The position numbers and the translations under genes were made by a program. The notes beneath the pieces are model-generated. The model was not told where the DNA came from. It saw only the letters and a program-made list of their open reading frames with translations, and ran no database searches. A stretch of 64,000 bases of DNA, taken from the NCBI RefSeq assembly GCF_046105845.1, contig NZ_CP151004.1; one strand, given 5' to 3'. The DNA comes from Escherichia coli. GTDB lineage: Bacteria > Pseudomonadota > Gammaproteobacteria > Enterobacterales > Enterobacteriaceae. This document shows, one piece after another, positions 48,942 through 63,684 of the stretch (position 1 is its first letter; every line of letters starts with the position of its first letter).

Positions 48942-50462
48942 TTAGTGGTAGCCCATCAACTGAGCGCCGATCACCACGACGCTGGACATAATAAACAGCA
49001 GTCCAAGCAGTGTCGCGCCCACCTTCAGCCAGTTACGGAAGTCCACCCGGCAAACACCGAGCGTTGCCATTAACGAAGCTGAGGTCGGGTAAATGATGTG
49101 GCTGAAGCCATCACCAAACTGGAACGCCAGAACGGTAACCTGACGGTTAACACCGACCAGATCGCCAAGCGGTGCCAGTAACGGCATGGTTAACGCCGCC
49201 TGACCAGAACCAGACGTCACGAAGAAATTAAATACCGCCTGGAAGAGCAACATAAACCAGGCCGCGACCGCGTTATCCAGACCGCTAATGGCATTGGCAA
49301 TGCTGTTGAGGATGGTATTTAACACGCTGGCATCACCCGCTTCACCATTACCGACCAGCAGCAAAATCCCTTTGGCGAAACCCACCAGCAGGGCAGGGGC
49401 GATCATCATTCGCGCCCCTTCGGTAAAGGATGAAGCCATGGTATTAACCGTCATGCCGTTAAGGCGGAAAACAACGCCGATGATGCCAATCACCAGACCC
49501 ATGGTGAAGAACTGGCTGGCAATTTCTGGAATAAACCAGGCATTAACGATCACGCCCCAAATCACCCAGACCATTACGGCGGTCAGGACAATCAATACCA
49601 GCCAGTCACCAAAGGTAAACGGACGTTGTTCAACATCCGCCTGCTTTTCACGAAAGAAGCGGTCGGACTCATGCACGCGTGACAGAAGAGGATTCTTTTT
49701 CACACGTGAGGCGTACACCATGGTAAAGATCAGGCCAATCAGAGTGGCGATAACCCACACCACGATGCGCAACCCGGAGCCAGAAAGCACCGGAACGCCG
49801 GCAATCCCCTGAGCAACGACCACACAAAACGGGTTCATCCACGAACTGGCAAAACCGATTTGCGTGGCGATATAGGTCACCAGGACGGTGGTAATACTGT
49901 CATAGCCCAGCCGGACCATTAGCGGTGCGATGATAATGGCAAAGGCGACGGCCTCTTCTCCCATACCAAATACCGCGCCGCCAAGTGAAAACAGAATAAA
50001 GAGCGCAGGAATAAAGAGAATTTCATTCCCGCGGGTATGGCGAATAAGCGCCAGGATACCGTTATCAATGGTTCCTGTACGCATCACAATGCCAAACGCG
50101 CCGCCAATCACCAGCATAAACATGATGATGCCAACGGCTGTCCCGTATTTCGATCCTGAGGTTAACCCTTCAAACGGGAAGTTCATCAGGCCCGGGCGTT
50201 CATCGCCCGTCGTGAACAGCTGTACGCGGTGATACTCAGGTTCGCCTGCTTCGTTAGTCAGAATGCGAAATGAGTGTGGATCTACGACTTTGCGTGTTTT
50301 TGTTTGACCATCAACCTGATACTGCACTTCCTGACTGTCAAACATGCCCACCGGAACTACCCAGGTGGCAAGACTGGTTAAAATGGCAACAAAAAAGATA
50401 ATCACCAACGTATCGGGCATTGCCCATCTTCTGGTTGGTTTGGATTCAGTGATTGCGGACAT
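48942..50462 (-). CDS. yfcC: Inner membrane transporter YfcC
   Basis: Known protein starts MSAITESKPTRRW..., 506 aa from ATG 50460-50462; the ORF track's 513-aa frame uses an upstream ATG. Confidence 0.85.
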   Translation of the reverse strand: MSAITESKPTRRWAMPDTLVIIFFVAILTSLATWVVPVGMFDSQEVQYQVDGQTKTRKVVDPHSFRILTNEAGEPEYHRVQLFTTGDERPGLMNFPFEGLTSGSKYGTAVGIIMFMLVIGGAFGIVMRTGTIDNGILALIRHTRGNEILFIPALFILFSLGGAVFGMGEEAVAFAIIIAPLMVRLGYDSITTVLVTYIATQIGFASSWMNPFCVVVAQGIAGVPVLSGSGLRIVVWVIATLIGLIFTMVYASRVKKNPLLSRVHESDRFFREKQADVEQRPFTFGDWLVLIVLTAVMVWVIWGVIVNAWFIPEIASQFFTMGLVIGIIGVVFRLNGMTVNTMASSFTEGARMMIAPALLVGFAKGILLLVGNGEAGDASVLNTILNSIANAISGLDNAVAAWFMLLFQAVFNFFVTSGSGQAALTMPLLAPLGDLVGVNRQVTVLAFQFGDGFSHIIYPTSASLMATLGVCRVDFRNWLKVGATLLGLLFIMSSVVVIGAQLMGYH

Positions 50463-50581
50463 AGCGCAAATATTCCCTTGCACAAAACAAAGTGGTAAGT
50501 ATGCAAAGTGAGATGGCGCAATTCATTGATGCAGCGCAGTTAAGCAAGATAATCAGAAAGGATTAATGCAAATTAAGAGAA

Positions 50582-50611
50582 TAAAAAACCGGAAATAGTC
50601 ACTATTTCCGG
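50582..50611 (-). terminator. Rho-independent terminator after pta
   Basis: On the minus strand, CCGGAAATAGTGACTATTTCCGG hairpin followed by TTTTTT. Confidence 0.55.
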
Positions 50612-50651
50612 TTCCGATATCCGCAGCGCAAAGCTGCGGATGATGACGAGA

Positions 50652-52796
50652 TTACTGCTGCTGTGCAGACTGAATCGCAGTCAGCGCGATGGTGTAGACG
50701 ATATCGTCAACCAGTGCGCCACGGGACAGGTCGTTAACCGGCTTGCGCATACCCTGCAGCATCGGCCCGATGGAGATCAGGTCGGCAGAACGCTGTACCG
50801 CTTTGTAGGTGGTGTTACCGGTGTTCAGATCCGGGAAGATGAACACGGTAGCGCGACCTGCAACCGGAGAGTTCGGCGCTTTGGATTTCGCAACGTCAGC
50901 CATTACCGCAGCGTCGTACTGCAGCGGACCGTCGATCATCAGGTCAGGACGTTTTTCCTGCGCCAGACGAGTTGCTTCGCGAACTTTTTCTACGTCGCTA
51001 CCAGCACCAGAAGTCCCGGTGGAGTAGGAGAGCATAGCAACGCGCGGTTCGATACCGAAGGCCGCAGCGGAATCAGCGGATTGAATCGCGATTTCTGCCA
51101 GCTGTTCTGCGGTCGGATCCGGGTTGATCGCACAGTCACCGTAAACGTAAACCTGTTCCGGCAGTAGCATGAAGAACACGGAAGATACCAGGGAGCTGCC
51201 CGGTGCAGTTTTGATCAGCTGCAGCGGCGGACGGATGGTGTTTGCGGTAGTGTGAACAGCACCGGAAACCAGACCATCAACTTCATCCTGTTCCAGCATC
51301 AGCGTACCGAGAACCACGTTGTCTTCCAGCTGTTCGCGGGCAACGGTTTCGGTCATGCCTTTGTTCTTACGCAGCTCGACCAGACGACCAACATAGCTTT
51401 CGCGAACCACTTCTGGATCAACGATTTCAATGCCTGCACCCAGTTCTACACCCTGAGACGCTGCAACACGGTTGATCTCTGCCGGATTACCCAGCAGTAC
51501 GCAAGTTGCGATACCACGTTCAGCACAGATAGCGGCTGCTTTAACGGTACGCGGTTCATCACCTTCCGGCAGAACGATACGTTTGCCCGCTTTGCGCGCA
51601 AGTTCGGTCAGCTGATAACGGAACGCCGGCGGAGACAGACGACGGCTGCGCTCAGAAGTGGCAGTCAGAGAATCGATCCAGTCAGCGTTGATGTAGTTAG
51701 CAACGTATTCCTGAACTTTCTCGATACGCTCGTGATCGTCAACCGGAACTTCCAGGTTGAAGCTCTGCAGGCTCAGAGAAGTCTGCCAGGTGTTGGTGTT
51801 CACCATAAATACCGGCAGGCCGGTAGCGAAAGCACGTTCGCACAGTTTAGAAATGCGCGCGTCCATTTCGTAGCCGCCAGTCAGCAGCAGGGCACCGATT
51901 TCTACGCCGTTCATGGCAGCCAGGCAAGCGGCAACCAGCACGTCAGGACGGTCTGCGGAAGTCACCAGCAGAGAACCGGCACGGAAGTGCTCCAGCATGT
52001 GCGGAATGCTGCGTGCGCAGAAAGTGACGGATTTAACGCGGCGAGTATTGATGTCGCCTTCGTTGATGATGGTCGCATTCAGGTGGCGAGCCATATCGAT
52101 CGCACGAGTCGCGATCAGGTCAAAGCTCCACGGCACAGCGCCGAGAACCGGCAGCGGGCTGGATTCTTGCAGCTTCGCCGGATCAACATTGTTTACTTTA
52201 GCTTTGGAAGAGTCGTCGAAAATCTCGGACAGATCCGGGCGAGTACGACCCTGTTCATCAACCGGTGCATTCAGTTTGTTAACGATAACGCCGGTGATGT
52301 TGGTGTTTTTGGCACCGCCGAAGCTGTTGCGGGTCAGTTCGATACGCTCTTTCAGCTGTTCCGGGGTGTCAGTGCCCTGAGACATAACGAAGACGATTTC
52401 CGCATTCAGCGTTTTAGCGATTTCGTAGTTCAGAGACTGGGCAAACTGGTGCTTACGTGTCGGGACCAGACCTTCAACCAGAACGACTTCAGCGTCTTTG
52501 GTGTTAGCGTGGTAGTTTGCGACGATCTCTTCCATCAGCACATCTTTCTGATTGCTGGAAAGCAGACCTTCAACGTAGCTCATTTTCAGCGGTTCAGCGG
52601 CCGTCGTGGTGGAAGAGTTCGCACGTACGATAGTCGTAGTCTGATCGGGCGCATCGCCACCGGTACGCGGCTGAGCGATAGGTTTGAAAACGCTCAGACG
52701 AACGCCTTTGCGTTCCATTGCACGGATCACGCCAAGGCTGACGCTGGTCAGACCGACGCTGGTTCCGGTAGGGATCAGCATAATAATACGGGACAC
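50652..52796 (-). CDS. pta: Phosphate acetyltransferase
   Basis: 714-aa ORF ([22 protein letters not shown]...). Confidence 0.95.
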   Translation of the reverse strand: MSRIIMLIPTGTSVGLTSVSLGVIRAMERKGVRLSVFKPIAQPRTGGDAPDQTTTIVRANSSTTTAAEPLKMSYVEGLLSSNQKDVLMEEIVANYHANTKDAEVVLVEGLVPTRKHQFAQSLNYEIAKTLNAEIVFVMSQGTDTPEQLKERIELTRNSFGGAKNTNITGVIVNKLNAPVDEQGRTRPDLSEIFDDSSKAKVNNVDPAKLQESSPLPVLGAVPWSFDLIATRAIDMARHLNATIINEGDINTRRVKSVTFCARSIPHMLEHFRAGSLLVTSADRPDVLVAACLAAMNGVEIGALLLTGGYEMDARISKLCERAFATGLPVFMVNTNTWQTSLSLQSFNLEVPVDDHERIEKVQEYVANYINADWIDSLTATSERSRRLSPPAFRYQLTELARKAGKRIVLPEGDEPRTVKAAAICAERGIATCVLLGNPAEINRVAASQGVELGAGIEIVDPEVVRESYVGRLVELRKNKGMTETVAREQLEDNVVLGTLMLEQDEVDGLVSGAVHTTANTIRPPLQLIKTAPGSSLVSSVFFMLLPEQVYVYGDCAINPDPTAEQLAEIAIQSADSAAAFGIEPRVAMLSYSTGTSGAGSDVEKVREATRLAQEKRPDLMIDGPLQYDAAVMADVAKSKAPNSPVAGRATVFIFPDLNTGNTTYKAVQRSADLISIGPMLQGMRKPVNDLSRGALVDDIVYTIALTAIQSAQQQ

Positions 52797-52832
52797 GGTT
52801 TATCCTCTTTCGTTACCGCCGATTTGGCGGGT

Positions 52833-52865
52833 TACAAAACAGCACCGCCAGCTGAGCTGGCGGTG
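52833..52865 (-). terminator. Hairpin with U-tract between ackA and pta (possible partial terminator)
   Basis: On the minus strand, CACCGCCAGCTCAGCTGGCGGTG followed by CTGTTTTGT. Confidence 0.35.
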
Positions 52866-52870
52866 TGAAA

Positions 52871-54073
52871 TCAGGCAGTCAGGCGGCTCGCGTCTTGCGC
52901 GATAACCAGTTCTTCGTTGGTTGGGATAACCACCGCAGGACGGGTACCTTCTTTGTTGATGAAACCAGATTTGCCGAAACGTGCAGCCAGGTTGCGTTCA
53001 TGATCAACTTCAAAGCCCAGCACGCCCAGTTTGCCCAGAGACAGTTCACGAACCATCGCGGCATTTTCACCGATACCACCGGTGAATACAACAGCGTCCA
53101 GACGACCATCCATCAGCGCAGTGTAGGCACCGATGTATTTCGCCAGGCGGTGGCAGTAAACGTCCATTGCGCGCTTCGCGTCTTCTTTCGTCGCGTAGTT
53201 GTCTTCAACATAGCGGCAGTCGCTGGTCACTTCGGTCAGACCCAGCAGGCCAGACTCTTTGGTCAGCAGTTTGTTGATTGCGTCAACGCTCATGCCCAGG
53301 GTGTCGTGCAGGTGGAAGATGATCGCCGGATCGATATCACCAGAACGGGTACCCATGACCAGACCTTCCAGCGGGGTCAGGCCCATAGAGGTGTCAACGC
53401 ATTTACCGTTGCGGATAGCAGAAACGGAACCACCGTTGCCCAGGTGGCAGGTGATGATGTTCAGTTCTTCTACCGGTTTGTTCAGCATTTTTGCCGCTTC
53501 CTGGGTTACATAGAAGTGGCTGGTGCCGTGCGCGCCGTAACGACGGATGCCGTGCTCTTTGTACAGGTTGTACGGCAGGGCGTAGAGGTAAGACTCTTCC
53601 GGCATAGTCTGGTGGAACGCGGTGTCAAATACAGCAACGTTTTTGTCTTTCAGCTGTGGGAAAGATTTCAGAGCTTCTTCGATACCGATCAGGTGAGCCG
53701 GGTTGTGCAGCGGTGCAAAAGAAGCTGCATCTTTGATACCCTGAATAACAGACTCATCGATCACTACGGAGCTGGTATACTTTTCGCCGCCGTGTACGAT
53801 ACGGTGACCGATAGCAGTCAGCTGCGCAGACAGTTCTGGTTTTTGTGCCAGAATAGTATTAACGATAAAGTTGAGCGCTTCGCTGTGAGCGGCGCCTGCA
53901 CCTAAAGCCGCTTCCTGTTTATTGCCGTCCATTTTCCATTTGATACGTGCTTCGGGCAGGTGGAAACATTCGGCTAAACCAGAAAGGTACTCTTCACCAT
54001 TTACTGCATCGATGATGGCAAATTTCAGTGAAGAACTACCGCAGTTCAGAACCAGTACTAACTTACTCGACAT
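52871..54073 (-). CDS. ackA: Acetate kinase
   Basis: 400-aa ORF ([20 protein letters not shown]...). Confidence 0.95.
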   Translation of the reverse strand: MSSKLVLVLNCGSSSLKFAIIDAVNGEEYLSGLAECFHLPEARIKWKMDGNKQEAALGAGAAHSEALNFIVNTILAQKPELSAQLTAIGHRIVHGGEKYTSSVVIDESVIQGIKDAASFAPLHNPAHLIGIEEALKSFPQLKDKNVAVFDTAFHQTMPEESYLYALPYNLYKEHGIRRYGAHGTSHFYVTQEAAKMLNKPVEELNIITCHLGNGGSVSAIRNGKCVDTSMGLTPLEGLVMGTRSGDIDPAIIFHLHDTLGMSVDAINKLLTKESGLLGLTEVTSDCRYVEDNYATKEDAKRAMDVYCHRLAKYIGAYTALMDGRLDAVVFTGGIGENAAMVRELSLGKLGVLGFEVDHERNLAARFGKSGFINKEGTRPAVVIPTNEELVIAQDASRLTA

Positions 54074-54410
54074 GGAAGTACCTATAATTGATACGTGGCT
54101 AAAAAAACGTCAGGGAGCCATAGAGCGTAGCGCATGATGACACCGACATTTATGATTAACATCATGCACTGCAAATTTTTTTTGCATGATGGAAGAAATA
54201 TCTTGAGTCTATGCCATTTTGCGTAATTTTCAGCCAATGGCATAATGTATATGAATTTGACGACTCAATGAATATGTACTACTTAGGCCTTCAGGCTGCT
54301 AAAGGATACCTGATAGTGGGTATGGAAGACAAAATGTTTTGAACGTTGTCCCGCTGAGTTGTGAATTTGCACAAATTTTTGAATCTTTATATGTGAAGTT
54401 GAGGTGAAGC

Positions 54411-54866
54411 ATGTCAACGCCGGATAATCGTTCTGTTAATTTTTTTAGCTTGTTTCGCCGGGGACAGCATTACTCAAAGACGTGGCCGCTGGAAAAACGC
54501 CTTGCCCCGGTCTTTGTCGAAAATCGCGTTATCAAGATGACGCGTTATGCGATCCGTTTTATGCCGCCGATCGCCGTATTTACTCTCTGCTGGCAGATTG
54601 CCCTGGGCGGTCAGCTTGGGCCGGCAGTTGCCACTGCGCTGTTCGCTTTAAGTTTACCCATGCAGGGATTGTGGTGGCTGGGCAAACGTTCTGTAACGCC
54701 ATTACCCCCTGCAATCCTTAACTGGTTTTATGAAGTTCGCGGTAAATTGCAGGAGTCTGGACAGGTGTTGGCACCCGTTGAAGGCAAGCCTGATTACCAG
54801 GCATTAGCTGACACGCTTAAGCGCGCCTTCAAACAACTGGATAAAACTTTCCTTGATGATTTGTAA
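54411..54866 (+). CDS. yfbV: UPF0208 inner membrane protein YfbV
   Basis: 151-aa ORF with two hydrophobic helices. Confidence 0.85.
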
Positions 54867-54870
54867 TTGA

Positions 54871-55443
<573 letters not shown>

Positions 55444-55453
55444 GGAGGCCCGC

Positions 55454-56104
55454 GTGCGGTGCAAAGGTTTTCTGTTTGATCTTGATGGAACGCTGGTGGA
55501 TTCCCTGCCTGCGGTAGAACGGGCGTGGAGCAACTGGGCCAGACGTCATGGGTTAGCGCCGGAAGAGGTGCTGGCTTTCATTCACGGTAAACAGGCGATC
55601 ACCTCTCTGCGCCATTTTATGGCGGGCAAATCCGAGGCAGACATTGCCGCCGAGTTTACGCGTCTGGAGCAAATCGAGGCCACGGAAACCGAAGGTATTA
55701 CCGCGCTTCCGGGGGCAATCACCTTACTCAATCATTTGAATAAAGCAGGTATTCCGTGGGCCATTGTGACTTCTGGCTCCATGCCGGTAGCGCGAGCGCG
55801 CCATAAAATAGCGGGGCTTCCCGCGCCAGAGGTGTTTGTAACCGCTGAGCGAGTGAAGCGCGGAAAACCAGAACCTGATGCGTATCTGTTAGGTGCGCAG
55901 CTGCTGGGGCTTGCGCCGCAGGAGTGTGTGGTGGTGGAAGATGCTCCCGCTGGCGTGCTTTCTGGCCTGGCGGCGGGTTGTCATGTCATTGCGGTTAACG
56001 CTCCGGCAGATACCCCGCGCCTGAATGAGGTCGATTTAGTCCTCCACAGTCTGGAGCAAATTACTGTGACCAAACAGCCAAATGGCGATGTTATTATTCA
56101 GTGA
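55454..56104 (+). CDS. yfbT: HAD-family sugar-phosphate phosphatase
   Basis: 216-aa ORF from GTG 55454 with the HAD motif I (FLFDLDGTLVDS). Confidence 0.85.
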   Translation: MRCKGFLFDLDGTLVDSLPAVERAWSNWARRHGLAPEEVLAFIHGKQAITSLRHFMAGKSEADIAAEFTRLEQIEATETEGITALPGAITLLNHLNKAGIPWAIVTSGSMPVARARHKIAGLPAPEVFVTAERVKRGKPEPDAYLLGAQLLGLAPQECVVVEDAPAGVLSGLAAGCHVIAVNAPADTPRLNEVDLVLHSLEQITVTKQPNGDVIIQ

Positions 56105-56190
56105 AACACCTGATCATGATTTAGCCCCGTCTCGTCGGGGCTTTTTTATGGCAGAATCAAGTCATCCCCCTCAATTAACAAGGATAAGTT

Positions 56191-58023
56191 GTGAACGGTG
56201 AATTGATTTGGGTTCTTTCATTACTGGCCGTTGCCATCGTCTTGTTTGCGACGGGCAGAGTGCGTATGGATGCGGTCGCTTTGTTTGTTATTGTCGCGTT
56301 TGCATTAAGCGGAACGCTGACGGTCCCCGAAGTATTTTCCGGCTTTTCCGATCCTAACGTTGTCCTGATTGCCGCCTTGTTTATTATTGGCGATGGTTTG
56401 GTCCGTACCGGTGTTGCCACCGTAATGGGGACATGGCTGGTCAAAGTGGCGGGCAACAGTGAAATCAAAATGTTGGTTTTGTTGATGCTGACCGTCGCGG
56501 GGCTTGGCGCGTTTATGAGTTCAACCGGCGTTGTCGCTATCTTTATTCCCGTGGTGTTAAGCGTTGCCATGCGTATGCAAACTTCGCCGTCGCGCCTGAT
56601 GATGCCGTTGAGTTTTGCCGGGCTGATTAGCGGCATGATGACGCTGGTGGCGACGCCGCCGAACCTGGTAGTCAACAGTGAATTGCTGCGTGAAGGCTAT
56701 CACGGCTTCAGTTTCTTTAGCGTAACACCTATTGGCCTGGTCGTGCTGGTGCTGGGTATTTTGTATATGTTAGTGATGCGTTTCATGCTGAAAGGGGATA
56801 CCCAGACCCCGCAGCGCGAAGGCTGGACGCGTCGAACCTTTCGCGATCTTATCCGTGAATATCGACTGACCGGGCGTGCGCGACGTCTGGCTATTCGCCC
56901 CGGATCGCCAATGATTGGTCAACGGCTGGACGATCTCAAATTACGTGAGCGTTATGGCGCTAACGTCATCGGTGTAGAACGCTGGCGGCGTTTTCGTCGC
57001 GTTATCGTGAACGTTAATGGGGTTTCTGAATTTCGCGCGCGTGACGTTTTGCTTATTGATATGTCTGCGGCTGATGTCGATCTCCGGCAATTTTGTAGTG
57101 AGCAATTGCTGGAGCCGATGGTACTGCGCGGCGAGTATTTTTCTGACCAGGCCCTTGATGTGGGCATGGCAGAGATTTCATTAATTCCTGAGTCAGAACT
57201 GATTGGTAAATCGGTGCGCGAAATTGGTTTTCGTACCCGCTACGGACTGAATGTGGTGGGGCTAAAGCGCAATGGCGTGGCGCTGGAAGGTTCGCTGGCG
57301 GATGAGCCTCTGCTGCTGGGCGATATCATCCTGGTTGTGGGTAACTGGAAACTGATCGGTATGCTGGCCAAACAGGGCCGCGACTTCGTTGCGTTGAACT
57401 TACCGGAAGAGGTGAGTGAAGCATCGCCCGCGCACAGCCAGGCACCCCATGCGATTTTCTGTCTGGTGCTAATGGTGGCGTTAATGCTTACCGATGAAAT
57501 CCCTAATCCTGTTGCCGCTATCATCGCCTGCCTGCTGATGGGGAAATTCCGTTGTATCGATGCTGAAAGTGCCTATAAGTCCATTCACTGGCCGAGCATT
57601 ATTTTGATCGTTGGGATGATGCCGTTTGCTGTGGCATTACAGAAAACGGGAGGTGTCGCGCTGGCGGTGAAAGGGCTGATGGACATTGGCGGCGGTTATG
57701 GGCCACATATGATGCTGGGTTGTTTGTTTGTCTTGTCGGCGGTTATTGGGCTGTTTATCTCTAATACCGCAACGGCGGTGTTGATGGCTCCGATTGCGCT
57801 GGCTGCTGCCAAAACGATGGGTGTGTCGCCTTATCCATTTGCGATGGTCGTGGCGATGGCAGCATCCGCCGCCTTTATGACACCGGTTTCTTCACCGGTT
57901 AACACACTGGTTTTAGGTCCGGGAAATTACAGCTTCAGTGACTTTGTGAAGTTGGGGGTACCGTTCACCATTATCGTGATGGCGGTTTGTGTGGTGATGA
58001 TCCCGATGCTGTTTCCGTTTTGA
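56191..58023 (+). CDS. yfbS: Anion-permease-family transporter with central TrkA-C domains
   Basis: 610-aa ORF; hydrophobic N- and C-terminal halves flanking a soluble central region. Confidence 0.88.
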
Positions 58024-58027
58024 CAAG

Positions 58028-58072
58028 AGGCTGATGTCGCATCCGGCGCTTATTGCCTGATGCGACGCAGAC
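58028..58072. repeat. REP element between convergent yfbS and yfbR
   Basis: GCTGATGTCGCATCCGGCGCTTATTGCCTGATGCGACGC, REP-like palindromic unit. Confidence 0.5.
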
Positions 58073-58081
58073 TCCAGCTGC

Positions 58082-58681
58082 TTACAGCGGTGAATCCTGG
58101 CTAATCTCATCGAGCGAAAGATGGAAGCTGGGAACAAAGACTTCCATGAAGTAGTCCATCTCCTGGCTGCGGCGCGCTTCAAGCGTCGCTTCCAGTCGCG
58201 TTTTTGCCAGCAAGAATTCATTATTTCCCGCCGCGAGTTCTTCCAGACATTTCAGATATGCACACAGTGCATCAGCCTGTTTCACCAGCGATTTTTCTTC
58301 ATCGCTATATGCATGCTCGTCAATTAACGGCGCAAAGATATCCCGCAGCTCTTCCGGAACCATATCGACCAGTTTTTGCTGAGCGATTTTTTCAATCGCC
58401 TTGTACTCCTGAGCGATTTGCGAATTGAAGTATTTCACCGGAGTAGGGAGATCGCCGGTGAGCACTTCTGAGGCATCGTGGTACATCGCCAGTAAAGCGA
58501 TACGTTCGGCGTTGACATTACCGCCAAATTTCCGATTTTTGATAGCTGCCAGCGCATGGGCGACCATCGCTACCTGCAAACTGTGTTCGGACACATTTTC
58601 CGTCCGCACGTTGCGCATCAGCGGCCAGCGGTTAATGAGTTTCAGGCGGGAGAGATGGGCAAAAAAATGGCTCTGTTTCAT
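58082..58681 (-). CDS. yfbR: 5'-deoxynucleotidase (HD domain)
   Basis: 199-aa ORF with the HD motif (...[17 protein letters not shown]). Confidence 0.88.
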
Positions 58682-58764
58682 AGTGACCTTACGTATGATG
58701 ACATCATCAGGTCATTGTGGCGGGATAACACTGCCGGATGCAATCTCCGGCAGTGAAATTAAGA

Positions 58765-59982
58765 TTACAGCTGATGATAACCAGAAAGGAAACGCGCGAA
58801 CTTACTCAAAGACAGCTCGATATCATCGACACGCGGTAGCGTGACAATGCGGAAGTGATCCGGCCACGGCCAGTTGAATGCCGTCCCTTGCACCAACAGA
58901 ACTTTTTCCTGCAACAGGAAATCCAGCACCATTTTCTGATCGTCGTGAATATTAAAGCGTTTGGCGTCGATTTTCGGGAACATGTACAGCGCACCGCGCG
59001 GTTTCACGCAGGAAACGCCCGGAATATCGTTGATCAATTCCCACGCGCGGTTACGCTGCTCATAAAGACGCCCGCCGGGAGTAATAAATTCACTGATGCT
59101 CTGATAACCGCCTAGTGCAGTCTGAATGGCGTGTTGCGCAGGAACGTTAGCACACAGGCGCATTGAGGCCAGCATTTCCAGACCTTCGATGTAACCTTTG
59201 GCGTGTTTTTTCGGCCCGTTCAACACCATCCACCCCTGACGGAAGCCAGCAACGCGGTACGTTTTCGACAGTCCGTTAAAGGTAATAGTCAGCAGATCAG
59301 GTGCCAGCGGCGCAATTGAGTGATGCTCAGCGTCGTCGTAGAGAATTTTGTCATAAATTTCATCGGCGAAGATAATGAGATTATGCTGACGTGCAATCTC
59401 CACTATCTCCATTAAAAGCTCTTTGGAATATACCGCGCCAGTTGGGTTATTTGGGTTGATAATAACGATCCCACGCGTACGAGGCGTAATTTTAGCGCGA
59501 ATATCATCAAGGTCCGGGAACCAGTCAGAGGATTCATCGCAAAGATAATGCACCGCTTTACCGCTGGAGAGCGAAACCGCCGCGGTCCATAGTGGGTAAT
59601 CAGGTGCAGGAACCAACATTTCGTCGCCGCTGTTCAGCAATGCCTGCATTGCCTGAACGATAAGCTCCGATACACCATTGCCGATGTAAATATCTTCCAC
59701 GGTAACATCACGCATGCCACGAGCCTGGTAGTGCTGCATGATGGCTTTACGCGCGGAGTAAAGCCCTTTGGAATCGCAATACCCTTGAGCGGTAGGCAGG
59801 TTGCGAATCACGTCAACGAGGATTTCATCTGGCGCGTCAAAACCGAACGGGGCAGGGTTGCCGATGTTCAGTTTCAGTACCTTGTTACCTTCTTCTTCCA
59901 GGCGTTTTGCTTCTTTCAGCACCGGACCACGGATGTCGTAACAGACATTCTCTAATTTGCTGGATTTTTCAATGGGGGACAT
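58765..59982 (-). CDS. alaA: Glutamate-pyruvate aminotransferase AlaA
   Basis: 405-aa ORF; PLP aminotransferase class I. Confidence 0.92.
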   Translation of the reverse strand: MSPIEKSSKLENVCYDIRGPVLKEAKRLEEEGNKVLKLNIGNPAPFGFDAPDEILVDVIRNLPTAQGYCDSKGLYSARKAIMQHYQARGMRDVTVEDIYIGNGVSELIVQAMQALLNSGDEMLVPAPDYPLWTAAVSLSSGKAVHYLCDESSDWFPDLDDIRAKITPRTRGIVIINPNNPTGAVYSKELLMEIVEIARQHNLIIFADEIYDKILYDDAEHHSIAPLAPDLLTITFNGLSKTYRVAGFRQGWMVLNGPKKHAKGYIEGLEMLASMRLCANVPAQHAIQTALGGYQSISEFITPGGRLYEQRNRAWELINDIPGVSCVKPRGALYMFPKIDAKRFNIHDDQKMVLDFLLQEKVLLVQGTAFNWPWPDHFRIVTLPRVDDIELSLSKFARFLSGYHQL

Positions 59983-61840
<1,858 letters not shown>

Positions 61841-61883
61841 TCGACGGACCATAGATAATTTCTGAGACAATAGTGTAAAAACG

Positions 61884-61923
61884 AGCCGCTGGGGGTGTTT
61901 TAAACCCCAGCGGCTTTTTTTTA
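61884..61923 (+). terminator. Rho-independent terminator after lrhA
   Basis: GAGCCGCTGGGGGTGTTTTAAACCCCAGCGGCT hairpin followed by TTTTTTTT. Confidence 0.6.
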
Positions 61924-62469
61924 GTAAAAAGCCTTCCTCGTATCGTGCAGAACGTACAAAACTGTTCATTTTTCAATCACCAGAGATTCACGTCCCGAAC
62001 GCACAAGTAATCGCCTGAAAAAAATCACCTGCTACAATGATGTTAAAAAATACGTAAATTTGTTGCTGCGTTTTTGTTATGGAATGACAAAAGCGTGTCA
62101 CAGATCAAGAAAATACTCTCTTTTGGGGGGAGGAATCGACACAAATTCCTGTCAAAATAGACCCGTATTTTTTCCATTGCTTCACAACGGACACGATTCA
62201 ACAACATCTAATTATCCTGGTGTCGTCAAGGATCTGGGGTGAAAGGGCATTAAATGCTAATGGTGTTGATATTATGTAAACTAATGTGAAGAAACTTTTG
62301 TTAAAGTTGACAAAAGGTTATAGAAAGGAGTAAAAGACCACATCAATTAGCTGTATAAAAGAATTTCTACAGTGATTGTAAGGTTTTTTTTATTCCTCCC
62401 CATGAATCGATGTGGCGTCCATCTGCCGTGAAGAGCAGTGAATCTGGCGCTACTTTTGATGAGTAAGCA
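61924..62469 (+). promoter_or_regulatory. nuo operon promoter and leader region
   Basis: About 545 bp AT-rich non-coding region upstream of nuoA; promoter role follows from position; individual factor sites not resolved. Confidence 0.45.
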
Positions 62470-62913
62470 ATGAGTATGTCAACATCCACTGAAGTCATCG
62501 CTCATCACTGGGCATTCGCTATCTTTCTTATCGTTGCCATTGGCCTGTGTTGCCTGATGCTGGTAGGCGGTTGGTTTTTAGGCGGTCGCGCACGCGCAAG
62601 GTCGAAAAACGTTCCGTTTGAATCCGGTATCGACTCGGTCGGCTCCGCCCGCTTACGCCTGTCCGCCAAGTTTTATCTGGTGGCCATGTTCTTCGTTATC
62701 TTCGACGTTGAAGCGCTGTATCTGTTCGCATGGTCAACCTCTATCCGCGAAAGCGGCTGGGTAGGCTTTGTGGAAGCTGCAATTTTTATTTTTGTGTTAC
62801 TGGCAGGTCTGGTTTATCTGGTGCGTATTGGCGCGCTGGACTGGACGCCCGCGCGTTCACGCCGCGAGCGTATGAACCCGGAAACGAACAGTATCGCTAA
62901 TCGTCAACGCTAA
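62470..62913 (+). CDS. nuoA: NADH:quinone oxidoreductase subunit A
   Basis: 147-aa membrane ORF ([16 protein letters not shown]...). Confidence 0.93.
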
Positions 62914-62928
62914 CCGCGAGGCATTAAG

Positions 62929-63591
62929 ATGGATTATACGCTCACCCGCATAGATCCCAACGGTGAGAACGACCGTTACCCCCTGCAAAAGCAGGAGATC
63001 GTAACCGACCCTCTGGAGCAAGAAGTTAACAAAAACGTGTTTATGGGCAAGCTCAATGACATGGTTAACTGGGGTCGTAAAAACTCAATTTGGCCGTATA
63101 ACTTCGGTCTTTCCTGCTGTTACGTTGAGATGGTGACTTCGTTTACCGCGGTGCATGACGTGGCGCGTTTTGGCGCAGAAGTATTGCGTGCTTCGCCGCG
63201 TCAGGCTGACCTGATGGTGGTTGCAGGAACCTGCTTTACCAAAATGGCACCGGTTATTCAGCGTCTGTATGACCAGATGCTGGAACCAAAATGGGTTATC
63301 TCAATGGGTGCCTGTGCCAACTCCGGCGGTATGTACGATATTTATTCCGTTGTGCAGGGCGTCGATAAATTCATCCCGGTTGATGTGTATATCCCGGGCT
63401 GCCCGCCGCGTCCTGAAGCGTACATGCAGGCACTGATGCTGTTGCAGGAATCTATCGGTAAAGAACGTCGTCCGCTCTCCTGGGTGGTTGGCGATCAGGG
63501 CGTTTATCGCGCCAACATGCAATCAGAGCGCGAACGCAAGCGCGGTGAACGCATTGCCGTAACCAACCTGCGTACACCTGACGAGATTTAA
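62929..63591 (+). CDS. nuoB: NADH:quinone oxidoreductase subunit B
   Basis: 220-aa ORF with conserved Cys ligands for the N2 Fe-S cluster (CCYVEM...GACANSGG...IPGCPP). Confidence 0.95.
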
Positions 63592-63684
63592 TTTGCGCCT
63601 GTCGGCAAAGGGATTTTTCTTCGCTTATTCCTAAATCTATTTCGCGAAGCTTACTGCGCCGACAGTCACCACGGACCATTTGCA

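Noticed and set aside
51252..53905. Long plus-strand ORFs (538 aa and 346 aa)
   Set aside because: Antisense to pta and ackA; Gln/Arg-rich low-complexity translations typical of the reverse frame of highly expressed genes.
62060..62242. 60-aa ORF upstream of nuoA
   Set aside because: Sits in the nuo promoter region with no ribosome-binding site; likely fortuitous.
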